Notes: generated by a model from the letters alone, not told the origin. 63,810 nt of DNA from Octopus bimaculoides (GCF_001194135.2 NC_068981.1:84200798-84264607); one strand, 5' to 3'. Counted from the first letter of the stretch, positions 1 to 13,470 are shown. Translations and numbers: made by a program.

Positions 1-78
<78 letters not shown>

Positions 79-80
79 AT
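1..80. repeat. Compound microsatellite (AT)n-(GT)n-(GTAT)n
   Basis: Directly visible. Confidence 0.95.
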
Positions 81-614
81 CTATATATAGGATATACCAT
101 CATATAATAAATGACATGAAACGATATCCTAAAATATAATAGAATATACATACGTATAAATATCATTAATAGTTAGAAATAAATTTAAATATATTGGTCT
201 TAAATTTAAATAGATTGGTTTTAATTTTCTACCTTATCATATCTTTTAATTTTTACATTGGTTTCAATTCATAAAAAACATCTATATCTGTTTTTTCTGT
301 TATTTTTATTATTTTGCCCCACCTCTACCACGCTCTGTCACAAGTAACCAACATTATCCTCAGCAGCAGCAGTAGCATCTTCATCGACATCCTCATCCTA
401 CACTTTCTCCTCCTTCTCTTCCCCCCCTCCTCCATATCATCATCATCGTTATTAACATGTTTGCATTTGTCGTTGGCACCGTCGCTATTACGAGTGTTCT
501 TTCAATGTACACTAACTGTCGTGAAAAATAATGAAATTTCAATATTTGTGCCTATGATAGAAACTACTATTATTATTGCTCTTATAATTGTCATTCTTAT
601 TATTGTTGTGGTTG

Positions 615-632
615 TTATTATTATTATTATTA

Positions 633-717
<85 letters not shown>

Positions 718-1600
718 TCCTTCGTAACACAGTGTAGGCAAAAATGCACGAGAGACTTTAGTCATCTGTCAAGTCACAACAAGGACCTCAGACAGATAAT
801 ACTTTCCTTAACATGTGCCCTGTGCCCAATAAGGTTGCTTTTTGCAAGATATCAATTTTGCATGGGATTTCCAGTTGCCTTAAGAAATTTTGAAGTTTCA
901 ATGGGATTGAGCCCAACGCTCCGATCAGCAGTCTGCATGTTATACTTAACTGAATTGGTAGCGGTAGCAGCAATGATCAGGCTTTTAGTGGTACGCTTCA
1001 AAAACACCTCGCTCAAGCCATGCCCACGATGTTGTATTATCCTTAACGTCTTATGTCTTCCTTTCAAACTGTCCAAGCATTCTCATTTCAAGGTCTTCTC
1101 CTCAGCTCTTTGGTTAAACTCTTCCTTGCCCATCATTTCATCTGCATTTACACCCATATCTTTCGCGGCATATTGCCGCAGGTCTTCATCACTATTCATC
1201 AAATACCCGGCAAGTGTTCTCCTTTCCCTCCTTATACAATGGTCTATACTAATTAGTCCTCTGCCACCATTCTTCCTTTTCATATACAGTCTGTTTACGT
1301 TTGCTTTAGGGTGTAGCGCCCCATGCAGCGACTTCAACTTTCTCGTCCTTCTTTCCAGTGTTGACATTTCCTCCTCAGTCAATTGAGTGTGGATGCACTG
1401 TATCTGACCACTGCAACTGCCCAGATATTCATTGTGGTAATCAAATTTTTGGTATTCAGATTGGATTTCCACGCCATCTTCACACATTTTTGATACGCCT
1501 CGCTAACCTTGACTTTCATTTCTCTGTGTAGAATGTCATCCAGCTCCAAAACCCCTAAATATCTAAACCCACCACCGTCGGGTTTACCCATAGTTTCTCT
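615..1600 (-). mobile_element. R4/Dong-clade non-LTR retrotransposon, 5'-truncated and internally deleted, with (AAT)n tail
   Basis: Minus-strand peptides in broken frames: RYLGVLELDDILHREMKVKV, NLITTMNIWAVAVVRYSA, LHGALHPKANVNRLYMKRKNGGRGLISI, GQFERKT..SWAWLERG, and C-terminal IGALGSIP..LQKATLLGTGHMLRKVLSV*. A short 3' UTR and (AAT)n (615-712) follow. Confidence 0.9.
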
Positions 1601-2399
1601 TTATATATTTTCATTCGATTCTGTCGTCTAACGCTAAAAGAAATGATAAATGACTACTTCCTTCTTCGGATCCGCCGCTCAGCAAGATTAAAATATATAT
1701 ACAAAGCAATTACAACACAAGAAGATCATTAATGAATATATATTAATAAGTACGAACGAATGACTGAGAATGCAAACGAAAATGACACATTCGGAGAAAT
1801 GCAGTACACGAAAGCTTTTGAGAACAATAGCAATAACAATAATATGCACAAGCACTCAGTATGGAGTATTTTGCTGAAAAGCGAAAGTATAGTAATTTGT
1901 TATTCATTAGACAGCGGCCAGATTTCAACAATCAGTCACAGAGGCCCGCTAGAGTATGACAGTAACGTACCTCTACCTATCCAAGGACACAGCACTTTTC
2001 TTTTCTACGTGAACACATTTACATACCGCCCTGGTTGATATTCTCAGTAAATCTTACTGCGTTGTTAAGTGGAGGGAATATTACAGTATAGTGTCATCTT
2101 TAAAATTGAAGATGGGACGAAAGCACGGCTACAATAATACGTGGCACACCTGACCACAAGCTGATCCCACAATTTCCGGAAGAGGGAACGTAAGGACCAC
2201 CGTCAGAGACGAGGGACTTCATGTTGACTCTTGGCTTGTGGTCCACTTAATGGTTAAATATGGGTTGGTGGTCATTTCAAATGTAACGTCTGGTGAAATA
2301 TGGTTGGATGGGATGACCATGGACATATAAGTCCACATGATTACACAGGACACAAACCAGTACCAGAAAAATATCCTGCAGAATGCGCCCAATTTTAGG

Positions 2400-2780
2400 A
2401 CCTTAAAACTCAAAATTCAAAGAGGAAGACTCAGCTTGTTACACGGTTAGAAACAAAGCCATTAAAAAAAAAGCTTTCTTTTGTTGCGAGAAAGTATAAC
2501 AGAATAAAAGCAACATGAACAACTAATGGATGGTTGTCTCCTAGAAGCAATTCGTGAGTCAGTAGATAAAATTGCTACATCTCCATTACTGGAAGTAAAC
2601 TATGAGGCCGAAAACCCCACTCTCTCAACACAACTAGTGAACAAAATGAGAATCGCTCATATCAACAACAACTCTTATTGGTAATCGAACGATAAGCTAC
2701 ACTTATCGCAGAATTACACCTCCATTTATAAGGACGGTTAATAGATGGATGCTAAAAGGGATAAGCAGTCTATCTTTAAA
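2400..2780 (+). mobile_element. Possible highly decayed CR1/L2-type LINE 3' end
   Basis: Weak peptide traces (QRGRLSLL near 2417; KD(R)L(D)RWM near 2730, needing indels). Confidence 0.25.
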
Positions 2781-3024
2781 AAAAGGAATAATGATTCAAT
2801 TTCTGTAGATTGAGGGAGGAGAATAAGAAGTCGACACTTGCATCAGTGGTCAAGATCCCTGTCTTTTTTTTAGGTTCTTATAAGATTTTTTTTTTTTTAG
2901 GATTCCCACGACGGAAATTGAAAGTTTCCTCACTTTAGGAGACGTATTTCAATATAATATAACTGTACATTGTACCGTCTGGTACCGACCTCGATCTTTA
3001 TGTAAATCGTTATTGGTGAATAAA

Positions 3025-3237
3025 GAAGCAGTTCGAGCTGGCGGAGTCGTTAGCCCCTCAGACAAAATAGTTTAAGGCATTTTTGGCCCCAATCTTTATG
3101 GTCTGAGTTCAAGTTCCACCCGGATTGACTTTGCTTTTCATTGTTCTGAGGTTAAATCAAGTACTAGGTCGATATGAACGACATACATCTTCCTATAAAA
3201 TTGCTCGCCTTGTTCCAAAATTCGAAATAATTGTTAT
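3025..3237 (+). mobile_element. tRNA-derived SINE, family A
   Basis: A-box-like gagctggcggagtcgttag, B-box gagttcaagttcc, tail ..ccttgttccaaaattcgaaa; homologous to the other family A copies. Confidence 0.8.
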
Positions 3238-5274
3238 CCTTATCAACAGCAACATCATTCCTGAAACCATAGTTTCATCATCATAGTCAGCATCGATTTT
3301 TGAACGAAACGAACAATATGCATAGGTGTATGTGTATGCGTATATGCTGTGTATATGCGTATGTGACTGGGTATGTGCGTACGTGTTCTTGTGTGAATAA
3401 TTTATATTTGCGTTCACTGTTTCAAAATATAGTTGTGAATATCCTCGTAAATACTTATAAATGTTGTTAATGTTTGTGCACTTGTTCGAAAATACATGAA
3501 GACAATCAATCAGATATGACATAAAAGCCTTAGGCAACGGAAACACACATCTATTACAGATATCAAGTTTATCGTATTCCACACACACACGCACAAACGA
3601 TATTCACACACGCACCTGTTTCTGCATCTGTCAACATACGTGTGCGTGAGCGTGCGCACGCGTGCTGTGTACGTATATATATATGCATATATGAATGTGT
3701 GTGTGTGTGTGTATATATATACACACTTACACGCACAAATACATACACATATACGTATGAGTTGGTAAATATGGACACATACACATACATTGCATATATG
3801 CATGCGTTTGTGTAAGTGCTTGTGTGTGTATTTGCGTATGTGTTATAAATTCTTGAGATACTTTAGTGAATTTGAAAGAACATGTTATTTGCATCGTAGC
3901 TTATTGAAAAGAACAGAAAAAAATTTTAAACGATTTTGGAAGATAATTTCTAAAGATACAAGAATGTTTGTTTGTCTTTTTGTGCAATGATGTAAGACAT
4001 TTGTGAGAGTGTTATGTTATAATAAGAGAAGCATGGCTAAAATGGACTAGCACATAACAGTGAAATGTTATATCACGAAATATTCCTCCTATCGGAACTA
4101 CAACGATTAAGATTATAACAAATACTCTATAAGAACCCCCAGCAATTCTTTCACCTACATTAATTGCATATGTTTGTGTATCTGATACATTCCCTGAATA
4201 TATACATCTTATCCTGTATTTATAATTTCCTAAAAAGTATGTTGTAAAGATGTACGCTATAGTTTAATGTTAACTGTGTGTTTAATATTATAATTCAACC
4301 CCCATATAATCAATCACTCGTTCAATAGATTTAATTGCTTTTTAAATGCCGCTGGCTTATCGAGTATTGATATACCTAAGCAATGAATCGCGATATGAAT
4401 TTGACCAAAATCGCAGAGAAGGTGATATATTAGATATTTCAGGACCTTGTCAGCTGTAAGAATTGTGACTGCATGCACGGAATATGTAACACAGCAAAAA
4501 TAGTTTTATTCTTGCATGAGCAATACAGAGTGAATCAAAAACAGAGGAAGACATTTGAATATTAGATAAATCTGATTGTGAGAGAAATATAAAAGTGTAA
4601 ACCTATTCCTTTTATGCTGTTTTTAATTTACTAAAAAAAAATGTGCAAGTTTCCTGACTGATCATTTTAAGATTAGTTGACCACTCCTCACAGAAGATAT
4701 ACACAGCATAGCGTTTTTCGATTCTATATAAAACAGTCATAACCTAGACCATAATAGCAGTAGAAAGTTTCAATTGAATATTTGTGCTTTTGCCATTTCG
4801 TCATGAATTAGATAATATATATCTAATGCACAACGCAACATGAATCTAAGTCGTGGTAAAAATTTAAATAAGAGAATAGTTAAAATGAACTAGCACATAG
4901 AAAACTTGACTTTCTGTTTGAGTTGCGATCAAAAAACCATGAACCAGTCCATCTGGAGACTCCTCAACTTGTATTAAAGGCAGGAAGTAAAGTAATTACA
5001 TTCGCATATTTCTCTCACAACTAGACTTTCTCATATTAGTTTTTTTCATCTTTCATTTTAGCTATAGTATGTTTTCTATTAACATAATTTACTTACGTTT
5101 TCTGTAAGCATGATTTAGTTCTGCTCCAGCCTGTCCACCCAGTATTTTATATTAATATACATTGGTACGCTAACAATTTGACTTAAACCCATATAAAACT
5201 TTACAAATTTCTGATATTCTTCAATTACCTACGCTGAGTTAGATTCGATGTCTGTGAATATCTTTCACACATTT

Positions 5275-5454
5275 TCAATTTCAGTCGAACGAATCGATCC
5301 CAGTACATATTTTCTTTTTAAACCTTGTAAATATTTCATCGGTTTTTCTTGCTGAATAGATTAAGTTATGGGGACATAAACACACCATCACCGGTTGTCA
5401 AGTAGTAATGGGAGACAAACACAGACACAAAGACACACACAAACACGCTCTCAC

Positions 5455-5475
<21 letters not shown>
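5275..5475 (-). mobile_element. SINE family B, 3' half with internal (CA)n
   Basis: Reverse match to the 3' half of the copy at 26961-27303. Confidence 0.7.
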
Positions 5476-5492
<17 letters not shown>

Positions 5493-7639
5493 CGGATCAT
5501 TAGTAATATATTTAAAAGAAAAGATGTTTCTCTGTATGTCTTGTTACGTATGCCCGGCGATACCCATTAACCGGTTATAGCGTTTTCCGGACCGGACTAC
5601 CTGTTTATGCGCATGCGCAAAAGAAAAACTTACCGTCAACGCTATTTGAAATTCTTACTTCGCGCATCAATCTTACGATCTATTCACACAATTCCATTTG
5701 CTTTTGTGATATAAGACATCTAGAAATATTTATTGCATAGTGTTTACTCTATGTCGGATATTACGAATGTGAAAAAAAAATACCTTTTCAAATTTCACCC
5801 ACCCACCCAATTTAGAATTTTGATTTTGTTTACCTTAAAGAGATCGTAGCGAATTGACGAAGAGGGAAGTAAAACTTCATCATTTTATTCATTTATTAAG
5901 TTTTTCTTCCCCCTTCTCCATATAACGCCATATTGTCACGTGTTTTACATATTTTAATTCTACATGGAAAGTTTAATATTTGTGGTCACGAATAAACGCC
6001 ATTTTGTCACATGATACACTTTGTATAAATTCTATGCTTCATGGGTAATACTACAGTCAACAAAGAATCTTCGATAAGATAAGTGATGTTGTTCCTTTTA
6101 TTAATACTGTTGAACGTCCGAATTCATTTAATAGCTAATAACACTATTTTTATATGTTTTCCTATTCTTAATCTACAGAAAGTATTTCTTCATTAGACGA
6201 ATTATGCCTCTAACTTGACAAATGATTATTATTATAAAACCTTGACATTTTATGTATTGTACTAATAATTGCACACATATGCACACATACCTGGTGCTAC
6301 TTCTGATGAAGCAGGTACATATTGCTTGTAGTTGTTGTTGCAGTTGTTGCTTCTGTTGCCACTCTTGTTGCTGTCATTATTGGTGTTACTGAGCCTGGAA
6401 CTTACTTGATTGAGTGGTTAAATGTAGATGGATTGGATGAGAAATACATTGCTTTATAGTGGAGTTTCAGAGTATATTCTAGCTAGTTTTAAAACTTTGA
6501 GAAAAGAATGTTTTGTATTAGTTAATTCTGAAGAAAATAGTTTTGCTGTTCCCGCTGAGATCAATGATTTTTTGAACAGCTGTAAATCGATGAATGCAGC
6601 TGTAAATCGATGAATGCTTATGGAGAAGCTCCTGTGGTCCCACGTCCTGCACAATTTAAGAAGACTGAGATTATGAATTATAACCTTATTATTGTTGCAA
6701 TTAATTCAGGTTCATTTATTTTAAGGATACATAGAATGAACCAACCACACAGCTTTATGCAGAGTCAGATGTGGTCTTTAAAGTTGGTTTTTCATTTAAT
6801 TATTATCAGCAAACAAGATTTCATTTGCAAGTCTCCGCGATCTTTCAAAGTATCGTGGTTATCATCATGAAAAATAGTTTGCATTTTCCGCGTCACCATC
6901 ATGTCTGTCATCGACCACAAGCCATTTCAGCTTAACCATAGAACATGAAAAAATGGTTAGTTGTGGTTGGCACAAATCGACATTTATTGCTTTTGTCAAT
7001 ATTGTAAGTTTTACAATTGTTGTTGTTGTTTCATGCTCGGTATATGGATGTGACAATGATGGGTGGGGACATGATAGAAATGGCAGTGGTCACGTTCTTC
7101 TTCCGTTATCATCACTACTGGTTGCTACCTCTATCATTGAAATGATGACAGCCAATTGTAACACGCGAACAACTAACAGCCAGTTGACAGACATGAAAGT
7201 TGCTGCTATCTTCACTTCGAGGTCAATGACAGCATAAATTTGGGAAAGGTCACAAATGGTGAATTCAAAGCTGATGTGAGGAGTATTTATGATGTCTCGA
7301 AAGCCCATCGCTTTCCGATCTTCATCATTATTTGTATATGTGTTTATATGAGCATGTTTGTGTTTTTTTTGTTTTTGTTTTTTGCTGAAATTTGTATCTC
7401 TTTGAAGGGAGTGAAAAAGAGAGAACAGAGAGACCGTGTTAAAGTACTCTACAGACACGCGCGCGCAAAACAGTACTGACACACACTTCTGTATTTGTGT
7501 GTCGATGTGTGTATGCTCTTACACAATTGCGTAATTGTATATATATATATATCTATACATAATGTGTGTGGGTATATATATGTGTGTGTATACATAAACA
7601 TACATTACAACATAAACACACACATACATATGAAGAGAG

Positions 7640-7681
7640 AGAGACAGACAGACAGACAGACAAACAGATAGATAGATAGAC

Positions 7682-7732
<51 letters not shown>

Positions 7733-7735
7733 TAC
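7640..7735. repeat. (GA)/(GACA)/(GATA)n microsatellite
   Basis: Directly visible. Confidence 0.95.
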
Positions 7736-8502
7736 ATACGTAAATTCATACATACAACCATACACACACGCACACAAACATATATACAGACATGCACATA
7801 CCTAGAACTAGCTCATTACAAACGAAGAGATATATGTATGTATAAATGTTAACGTTCTCGCATCTCGACACGTCCATTCAAATTTTACCATGTTTTATAA
7901 CACTGGCCGTGTTTGTTTTACTGTGGATTTCTTTCTTTCGTATCCAGCTCCACTTGCCCATTTGAAAACTGTTCGCTAGCGTCTGTCCGGCACATGTCAA
8001 CTAATCTATGGTTAGGCTCGACAGATGGAGTAGTGACAGAATTCCTACCTTTTATGGATGAATGAATATCTTAATGTGAAAACTGGAGAAAAAGAAAAAA
8101 AAAGAGGCGGCGTAGGAAAAGGTGGGGTTAATATGTTCTATGTTGAGAGAGAAATGAAAAATGTTAAATGAAAGCGGAGGGAAAGTAACTAATTGAAAAA
8201 GAAGAGAAGAGAATTATAAAAGAGGTAGAAGAAGCAGATGTAGGTAGTTGATGGTGGGCAAGGTAAAACAGTTTTGTTTGGGTTTTTTGTTTTGGTTTAT
8301 TTTTTAATGGTGGATGGGATATTGGAGCGGGAATGGGTAGGAATAGGGTGTTGTACAGAATCTGTATGATGTAGGTTGATGATGTCGAAGGGGAGGCGGT
8401 GATAAGTGTTGGTTGCAATGTTAAGGGGAAAGGGGAGAAAAAAAGGGATCACAAAGGTGCAGCGACAGCAGTTGGAAGCAACAGCAGCAACGGCAGAGCG
8501 AG

Positions 8503-9028
8503 AAAGAGAAGAAGAAGAAGAAGAAGAAGAAGAAGAAGAAGAAGAAGAAGAAGAAGGAAGAGGACGAGGAGGAGGAGAAGAAGAAGAAGAAGAAGAAGAA
8601 GAANNNNNNNNNNNNNNNNNNNNNNNNNNNNNNNNNNNNNNNNNNNNNNNNNNNNNNNNNNNNNNNNNNNNNNNNNNNNNNNNNNNNNNNNNNNNNNNNN
8701 NNNNNNNNNNNNNNNNNNNNNNNNNNNNNNNNNNNNNNNNNNNNNNNNNNNNNNNNNNNNNNNNNNNNNNNNNNNNNNNNNNNNNNNNNNNNNNNNNNNN
8801 NNNNNNNNNNNNNNNNNNNNNNNNNNNNNNNNNNNNNNNNNNNNNNNNNNNNNNNNNNNNNNNNNNNNNNNNNNNNNNNNNNNNNNNNNNNNNNNNNNNN
8901 NNNNNNNNNNNNNNNNNNNNNNNNNNNNNNNNNNAGAAGAAGAAGAAGAAGAAGAAGAAGAAGGAGGAGGAGGAGGAGGAGAAGAAGAAGAAGAAGAAGA
9001 AGAAGAACAACAACAACAACAACAACAA
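8503..9028. repeat. (GAA)/(GGA)/(CAA)n repeats flanking an assembly gap
   Basis: Directly visible; gap 8603-8934. Confidence 0.9.
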
Positions 9029-9768
9029 GACGATCTCCCTCAACCTAGGTTTATTTAACGTATAAACTGTGGACGTTTATTGAAATTTTACTAAACTAAA
9101 AAAACTCATTGGGCGTCACCTGGTGGTGACCTGACGTACTAATCTGTGTGTAGACGCCTTTGGAGTCATAAATAAGTATGTCGGTTGCGATAGAGGCAAG
9201 GGAGACATTTTGGTATATGGAAACATGTGTCAGGAACAATGGTAACGATAAGAGAGAGAGATGTCAACATTTCGGTGATTAGAGTCACAAAAAGAATTAT
9301 TGCTTATTGTGAAAGCTTGGCACAAGAGATATGGAAAGTGTTTTGTTATGTAGTCTTTGTCAATGTGGTTACTGATCTTGTTGCTGGTGTTCTTATTTAT
9401 TGTGGCTGTCTTTCTCATTTTTATTCAGATATAGGCAAGAAGACAGCTTAATAATTGTATAGATAATGCATATATGATGGCGTCGGTACAAGAGCTGAAG
9501 TAGCGCAAACGGATGAGTACTGGAAGAAATAATTTACGATGCCTGATTTGGTTGTTTATATATTAAAGTTCAAACTGCGCTCAACACAATGTCTTACATC
9601 ATTCCCGAGTCGATAACGTAGGCATCTAGTAATTAACTAATGAATCTAACTCATTTTACAGCTACTTCTAGATGCAGATTATATTCTCATCTTTTCTTTA
9701 ATAGTTAATTAAAACAATTGCTCTTTTATTCAACGTAGGAGCAGAATTGAAATAAGGTAGTAATATCT

Positions 9769-10153
9769 TGTTGTTGGCACTCCGTCGCTTACGACGTCGA
9801 GGGTTCCAGCTGATCCGATCAACAGAACAGCCTGCTCGTGAAATTAACGTGCAAGTGGCTGAGCACTCCACAGACACGTGTACCCTTAACGTAGTTCTCG
9901 GGGATATTCAGCGTGACACAGTGTGACAAGGCTGACCCTTTGAATTACAGACACAACAGAAACAGGAAGTAAGAGTGAGAGAAAGTTGTGGTGGAAGAGT
10001 ACAGCAGGGTTCGCCACCATCCCCTGCCGGAGCCTCTTGGAGATTTAGGTGTTTTCGCTCAATAAACACTCACAACGCCCGGTCTGGGAATCGAAACCGT
10101 GATCCTATGACCACGAGTCCGCTGCCCTAACCACTGGGCTATTGCGACTCCAC
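9769..10153 (-). mobile_element. tRNA-derived SINE, family C, full length
   Basis: Near-identical to 29518-29888 and 39085-39463; A/B boxes on the minus strand; imperfect TSD gtaatatct/gcaatatct. Confidence 0.92.
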
Positions 10154-10634
10154 GGCAATATCTATCTTACAATAAATATACTCTTCCTGCCTTAGAATTT
10201 ACGATTATTTTTCTACAACCAATTTGAAAACTACCATTTATATTTCCACACAACTTGAAGTAGTTTTAGAGACGGCAGTGTGGTTTCAATAAACCTTTTT
10301 TGCCTTTCTAGCATGGCAAATGTTATGTAGAAGTCCTATCGTTGGATTGACCCTATTTGGTTATAGAGTTGATTAAATGAATAGAGAATTTTCAGGTCAA
10401 TTAACAAAAGTTAGTATTGGTATTGCGAGATGCACTAAATTCAATGATTTACTTTTTTTATTGAGGTGACAGTACTGAAACAAGAAAGCCACATATTTTC
10501 AAAGAGGAAATGGTGATGGATCAAACAGAATGCCTGCAGTAGAGGCAGTGCTGTTCTGAGATCAATATTACCTCGTTTCTAAGCTTCATATATAAATATC
10601 AGCATGTCTATATAATTTTAATAAATGTAATTAT

Positions 10635-10990
10635 ATGATTAAGAAGTCTTTTTCGATACTATGCAGTTTTAGGCTAAAACTCACTGCGTGGCAATCTGGG
10701 CTTGTGTCTCCCTTAAAATCCAGGACCGACCAATGGTTTGTGAGTAAATTTGATTGACGAAAACTGTACAGAAGTCCATCGTACAAATAGATAAATAAAT
10801 ACGTGTGGATATATATGTGATGCATCATTGTAGATGAAAAATGTTTGCTTCTTTACGTCCCCGTAATTTAGAAGTTCGACAAAAGAGATATTTAGAATAT
10901 GTAGGAGAGATATAAAATAAATCCTGAAATCCTGGAGATAATTTCATCGACTTAAACCGATTAAAACTGCACCCCAATGGTTGAAACCAG
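10635..10990 (+). mobile_element. SINE family B, diverged
   Basis: cactgcgtggca..ggaccgaccaatggtttgtgagt..aaaactg and tttacgtccccgtaatttag match family B. Confidence 0.75.
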
Positions 10991-11181
10991 TGAAGGAATA
11001 TATTCTTCCTCTAAAAGAAATGTGTTAGATTCTTGATTTAAGGAACCATTTTCTGTAGCTCTACAACATTAAATTAAAATTATTAGGTCCCATATATTCG
11101 ATGCAACCACCAACGAAGTGTTTCCTAAGTATATTTCAGAAAGACATCACTGCAAAGATCGGATTCAATATTTTTCTATTA

Positions 11182-11400
11182 TTGGGTTGTCCGGAAAGTT
11201 CGTGCCGATTTATAGCAGCTTACCTTTCGACTTATTTTAGAACATGGTTGAGTCCATAAAATAGGATTTGACTACACCTCCATTTAGAGCACAGTTTAAG
11301 CTATATTTTCGTGGAAGAAGGTTTATGTTCCTATAACCTGTGTTAATTCTGTAACCTTTAAAATGGAAGAATAACCAGTAATTAAGAACTATCTGAGAAT
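11182..11400 (+). mobile_element. Mariner-like element left end (TIR), truncated
   Basis: TA|TTGGGTTGTCCGGAAAGTTCGTGCCGATTT resembles mariner TIRs; no partner TIR found; ends next to the Tx1-like insertion. Confidence 0.6.
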
Positions 11401-11407
11401 ATTTCAT

Positions 11408-12125
11408 AATAATAATAATTCGTTCGTTTTATTGGCCACAAGGGCTAATATCAATTAAAGACATGTAAGGACAAAGACAGGACGAAGGCTACAAAAGGTT
11501 TTGTCCGAAAAGGTAGGAAAGTTCGTCTAAACAGAGGAAGAAAACGGAGAAAGATATAACAAATAAATAGATAAATAAATAAATAAATAAATAGAACTCC
11601 CAAAGGGGGAGGCACTTCGAAAAAGGAAAGGTTACATGTGGAAAAACCCATAAAACCACGGGAGCCTGGTCAGAAAAAATAAGAAAGGGGTATAGAGCCC
11701 TTTCTCCTTTTACATTACCTTTTTTTTTTCTACAGGTGTATTCTCAGAATTGGTCCGTTTATACTGGCCATTTTTCCAACAGTCACCCATCTTTCAACGA
11801 ATTTGCTATGAGACAGCACTTCCCTCTCTACTCTCATCTTCCTTTTCAAGTGGAACTTGAAAAAGTTGATGAGGCCTTGGCCAAAGAGGAAAGTGTCTGT
11901 CTTTAACCCTTTCAAACGGGTCCACCATATCACCTCTTTCGCTACAGCCACTAGGCATAGGAAAATTGCCTTTGCCTCCTGGTTAAAGGAGGTCGGCGGG
12001 TCAATTCTCACGATGGATCCAGCTGATAGCCGGATCCGTCCTACACGTGATAGCCACACGGGCATTGATGAGGAAGGTCATCACATGGACGGTAACCACT
12101 TTGTGTGGGAATTTACATAAAGGAT
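11408..12125 (-). mobile_element. Tx1/L1-like LINE 3' fragment (ORF2 C-terminus, 3' UTR, (TTA)n)
   Basis: ORF 11730-12065 (AIFLCLVAVAKEVIWWTR..LINFFKFHLKRKMRVEREVLSHSKFVERW) resembles Tx1-clade ORF2 ends; pyrimidine-rich 3' UTR ends ..gcccttgtggccaataaaacgaacgaattattatt. Confidence 0.75.
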
Positions 12126-12254
12126 GGGGAAAGATAGATATAGAAAATAGAATGAAGTACAATAAAAGTACGCTTAGTATACCTTTGTCGCATTTCAGTA
12201 ATAGCAAATATATTATTTGGCGTAAGGTAAGCATATTCAAAAAAATTTATATAC

Positions 12255-12605
12255 AGAAAGCGTGCAGGAAATGACCGAGAGGGGAGGGAGACCCCCCTTC
12301 CGTCATGAATGACCATGGGATTGCACCTAAAAAGTTACCGTCCGAGGAACAAGTCCGGGAAAGGTTGTTTATGGAAGGCCAGCTGTCGCCCATGCATACC
12401 AGCTTTCCGTCGCCACACCACTGATGTTATCCAAGGGAAAGACAAAGGCCGATACAGCTTGGCACCAGTGATGGCTTCTTTCAGTTTCTGTCTACGAAAT
12501 CCACTCAGAAGAGTTTGGTCGGCCGGCGGCCATAGTAGAAGACACTTGCCCAAGATGCCACGCAGTGGTACTGAACCCGGAACCTTGTGATTGGGAAGCA
12601 AGCTT
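12255..12605 (-). mobile_element. Chimeric SINE: family B head/core joined to an unrelated tail
   Basis: 12472-12605 matches the family B 5' half; 12255-12471 is a different module ending ccatggtcattcatgacggaagggggg. Confidence 0.75.
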
Positions 12606-12880
12606 TGCTCTTTCATGATATTCAATAAGTGTATCGTACACCTCCTCCGTCCACTTATATCTGTTTTTGTGCACACCATGTATGTGATCTGTTGTGACCG
12701 TCCGAGGCCTGATAACTGCCTCCAGTTTCGGACGTGCCGGGCGGCAAACCTTCACCATGATCGGCTATAGCTTCATTCTCGCGGTTAATTCTTTCATTGT
12801 TGTGTTGCATCACGATTTCATGAGTCGTTCGTGAGGTTCCCATGAGAGTTGTTATTGAGATCCCATCTTTCTCATCCTCG
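12606..12880 (-). mobile_element. Possible N-terminal fragment of an R4/Dong ORF
   Basis: RYKWTEEVYDTLIEYHERAK resembles the RxKWT..ME(C)YY motif near R4-clade ORF starts; the frame is disrupted. Confidence 0.4.
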
Positions 12881-12969
12881 CTTTTCTTGTATATACACGT
12901 GCACATGTATGCACACACACATATATATAACTAACGTGCTTGCATTGTATCGCCTCCATAAAACCAGTG

Positions 12970-12970
<1 letters not shown>

Positions 12971-13028
<58 letters not shown>

Positions 13029-13033
13029 TATTA
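12971..13033. repeat. (ATT)n microsatellite
   Basis: Directly visible. Confidence 0.95.
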
Positions 13034-13035
13034 TA

Positions 13036-13250
13036 GAATCGATAGCACGCTGGACGAAGTGCTTTAGCGGAATTTCGCTCGTCGTTACATTCTGAGTTCA
13101 AATTCCGCCGAGGTCGACTTTGCCTTTCTTCCTTTCGGGGTTGATGAAATAAGTACCAGTTGAACACTGGGGTCGATGTATTTGCCTCCTCTCCTACCCG
13201 CGAAATTGCTACCCTTGCGACAAAATTTGAAACCACAGTTACTATTATAT
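13036..13250 (+). mobile_element. SINE family A
   Basis: ctgagttcaaattccgccgaggtcgactttgcctttc core. Confidence 0.9.
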
Positions 13251-13251
13251 T

Positions 13252-13470
13252 AAGGCGGCGAGCAGGCAGAATCTTTAGCATACTGGTTGAAATGCTTAGC
13301 GTTATTTCACCGTTATTTACGTTCTGAGATCAAATTCCGCCGAGGTCGACTTTGCCTTTCATTCTTTCGGGGTCGATAAATTAAGTACCAGTGGAATTCA
13401 GGGGTTGGTGTAAACGACTAGTCCCCTCCCCTAAAACTTCGGCCCTTGTGCCTATAATAGAAAAGATAAT
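13252..13470 (+). mobile_element. SINE family A, full length, tandem with the previous copy
   Basis: aaggcggcgagcaggcagaatc head; tail ggcccttgtgcctataatagaaaag. Confidence 0.9.

Noticed and set aside
314-765. ORFs with poly-I/poly-N
   Set aside because: Translations of the (ATT)n retrotransposon tail
7948-8010. Possible exon encoding CPFENC
   Set aside because: Spacing does not fit a C2H2 finger and the donor is weak
10518-10564. Imperfect hairpin as a pre-miRNA
   Set aside because: Too short and too bulged
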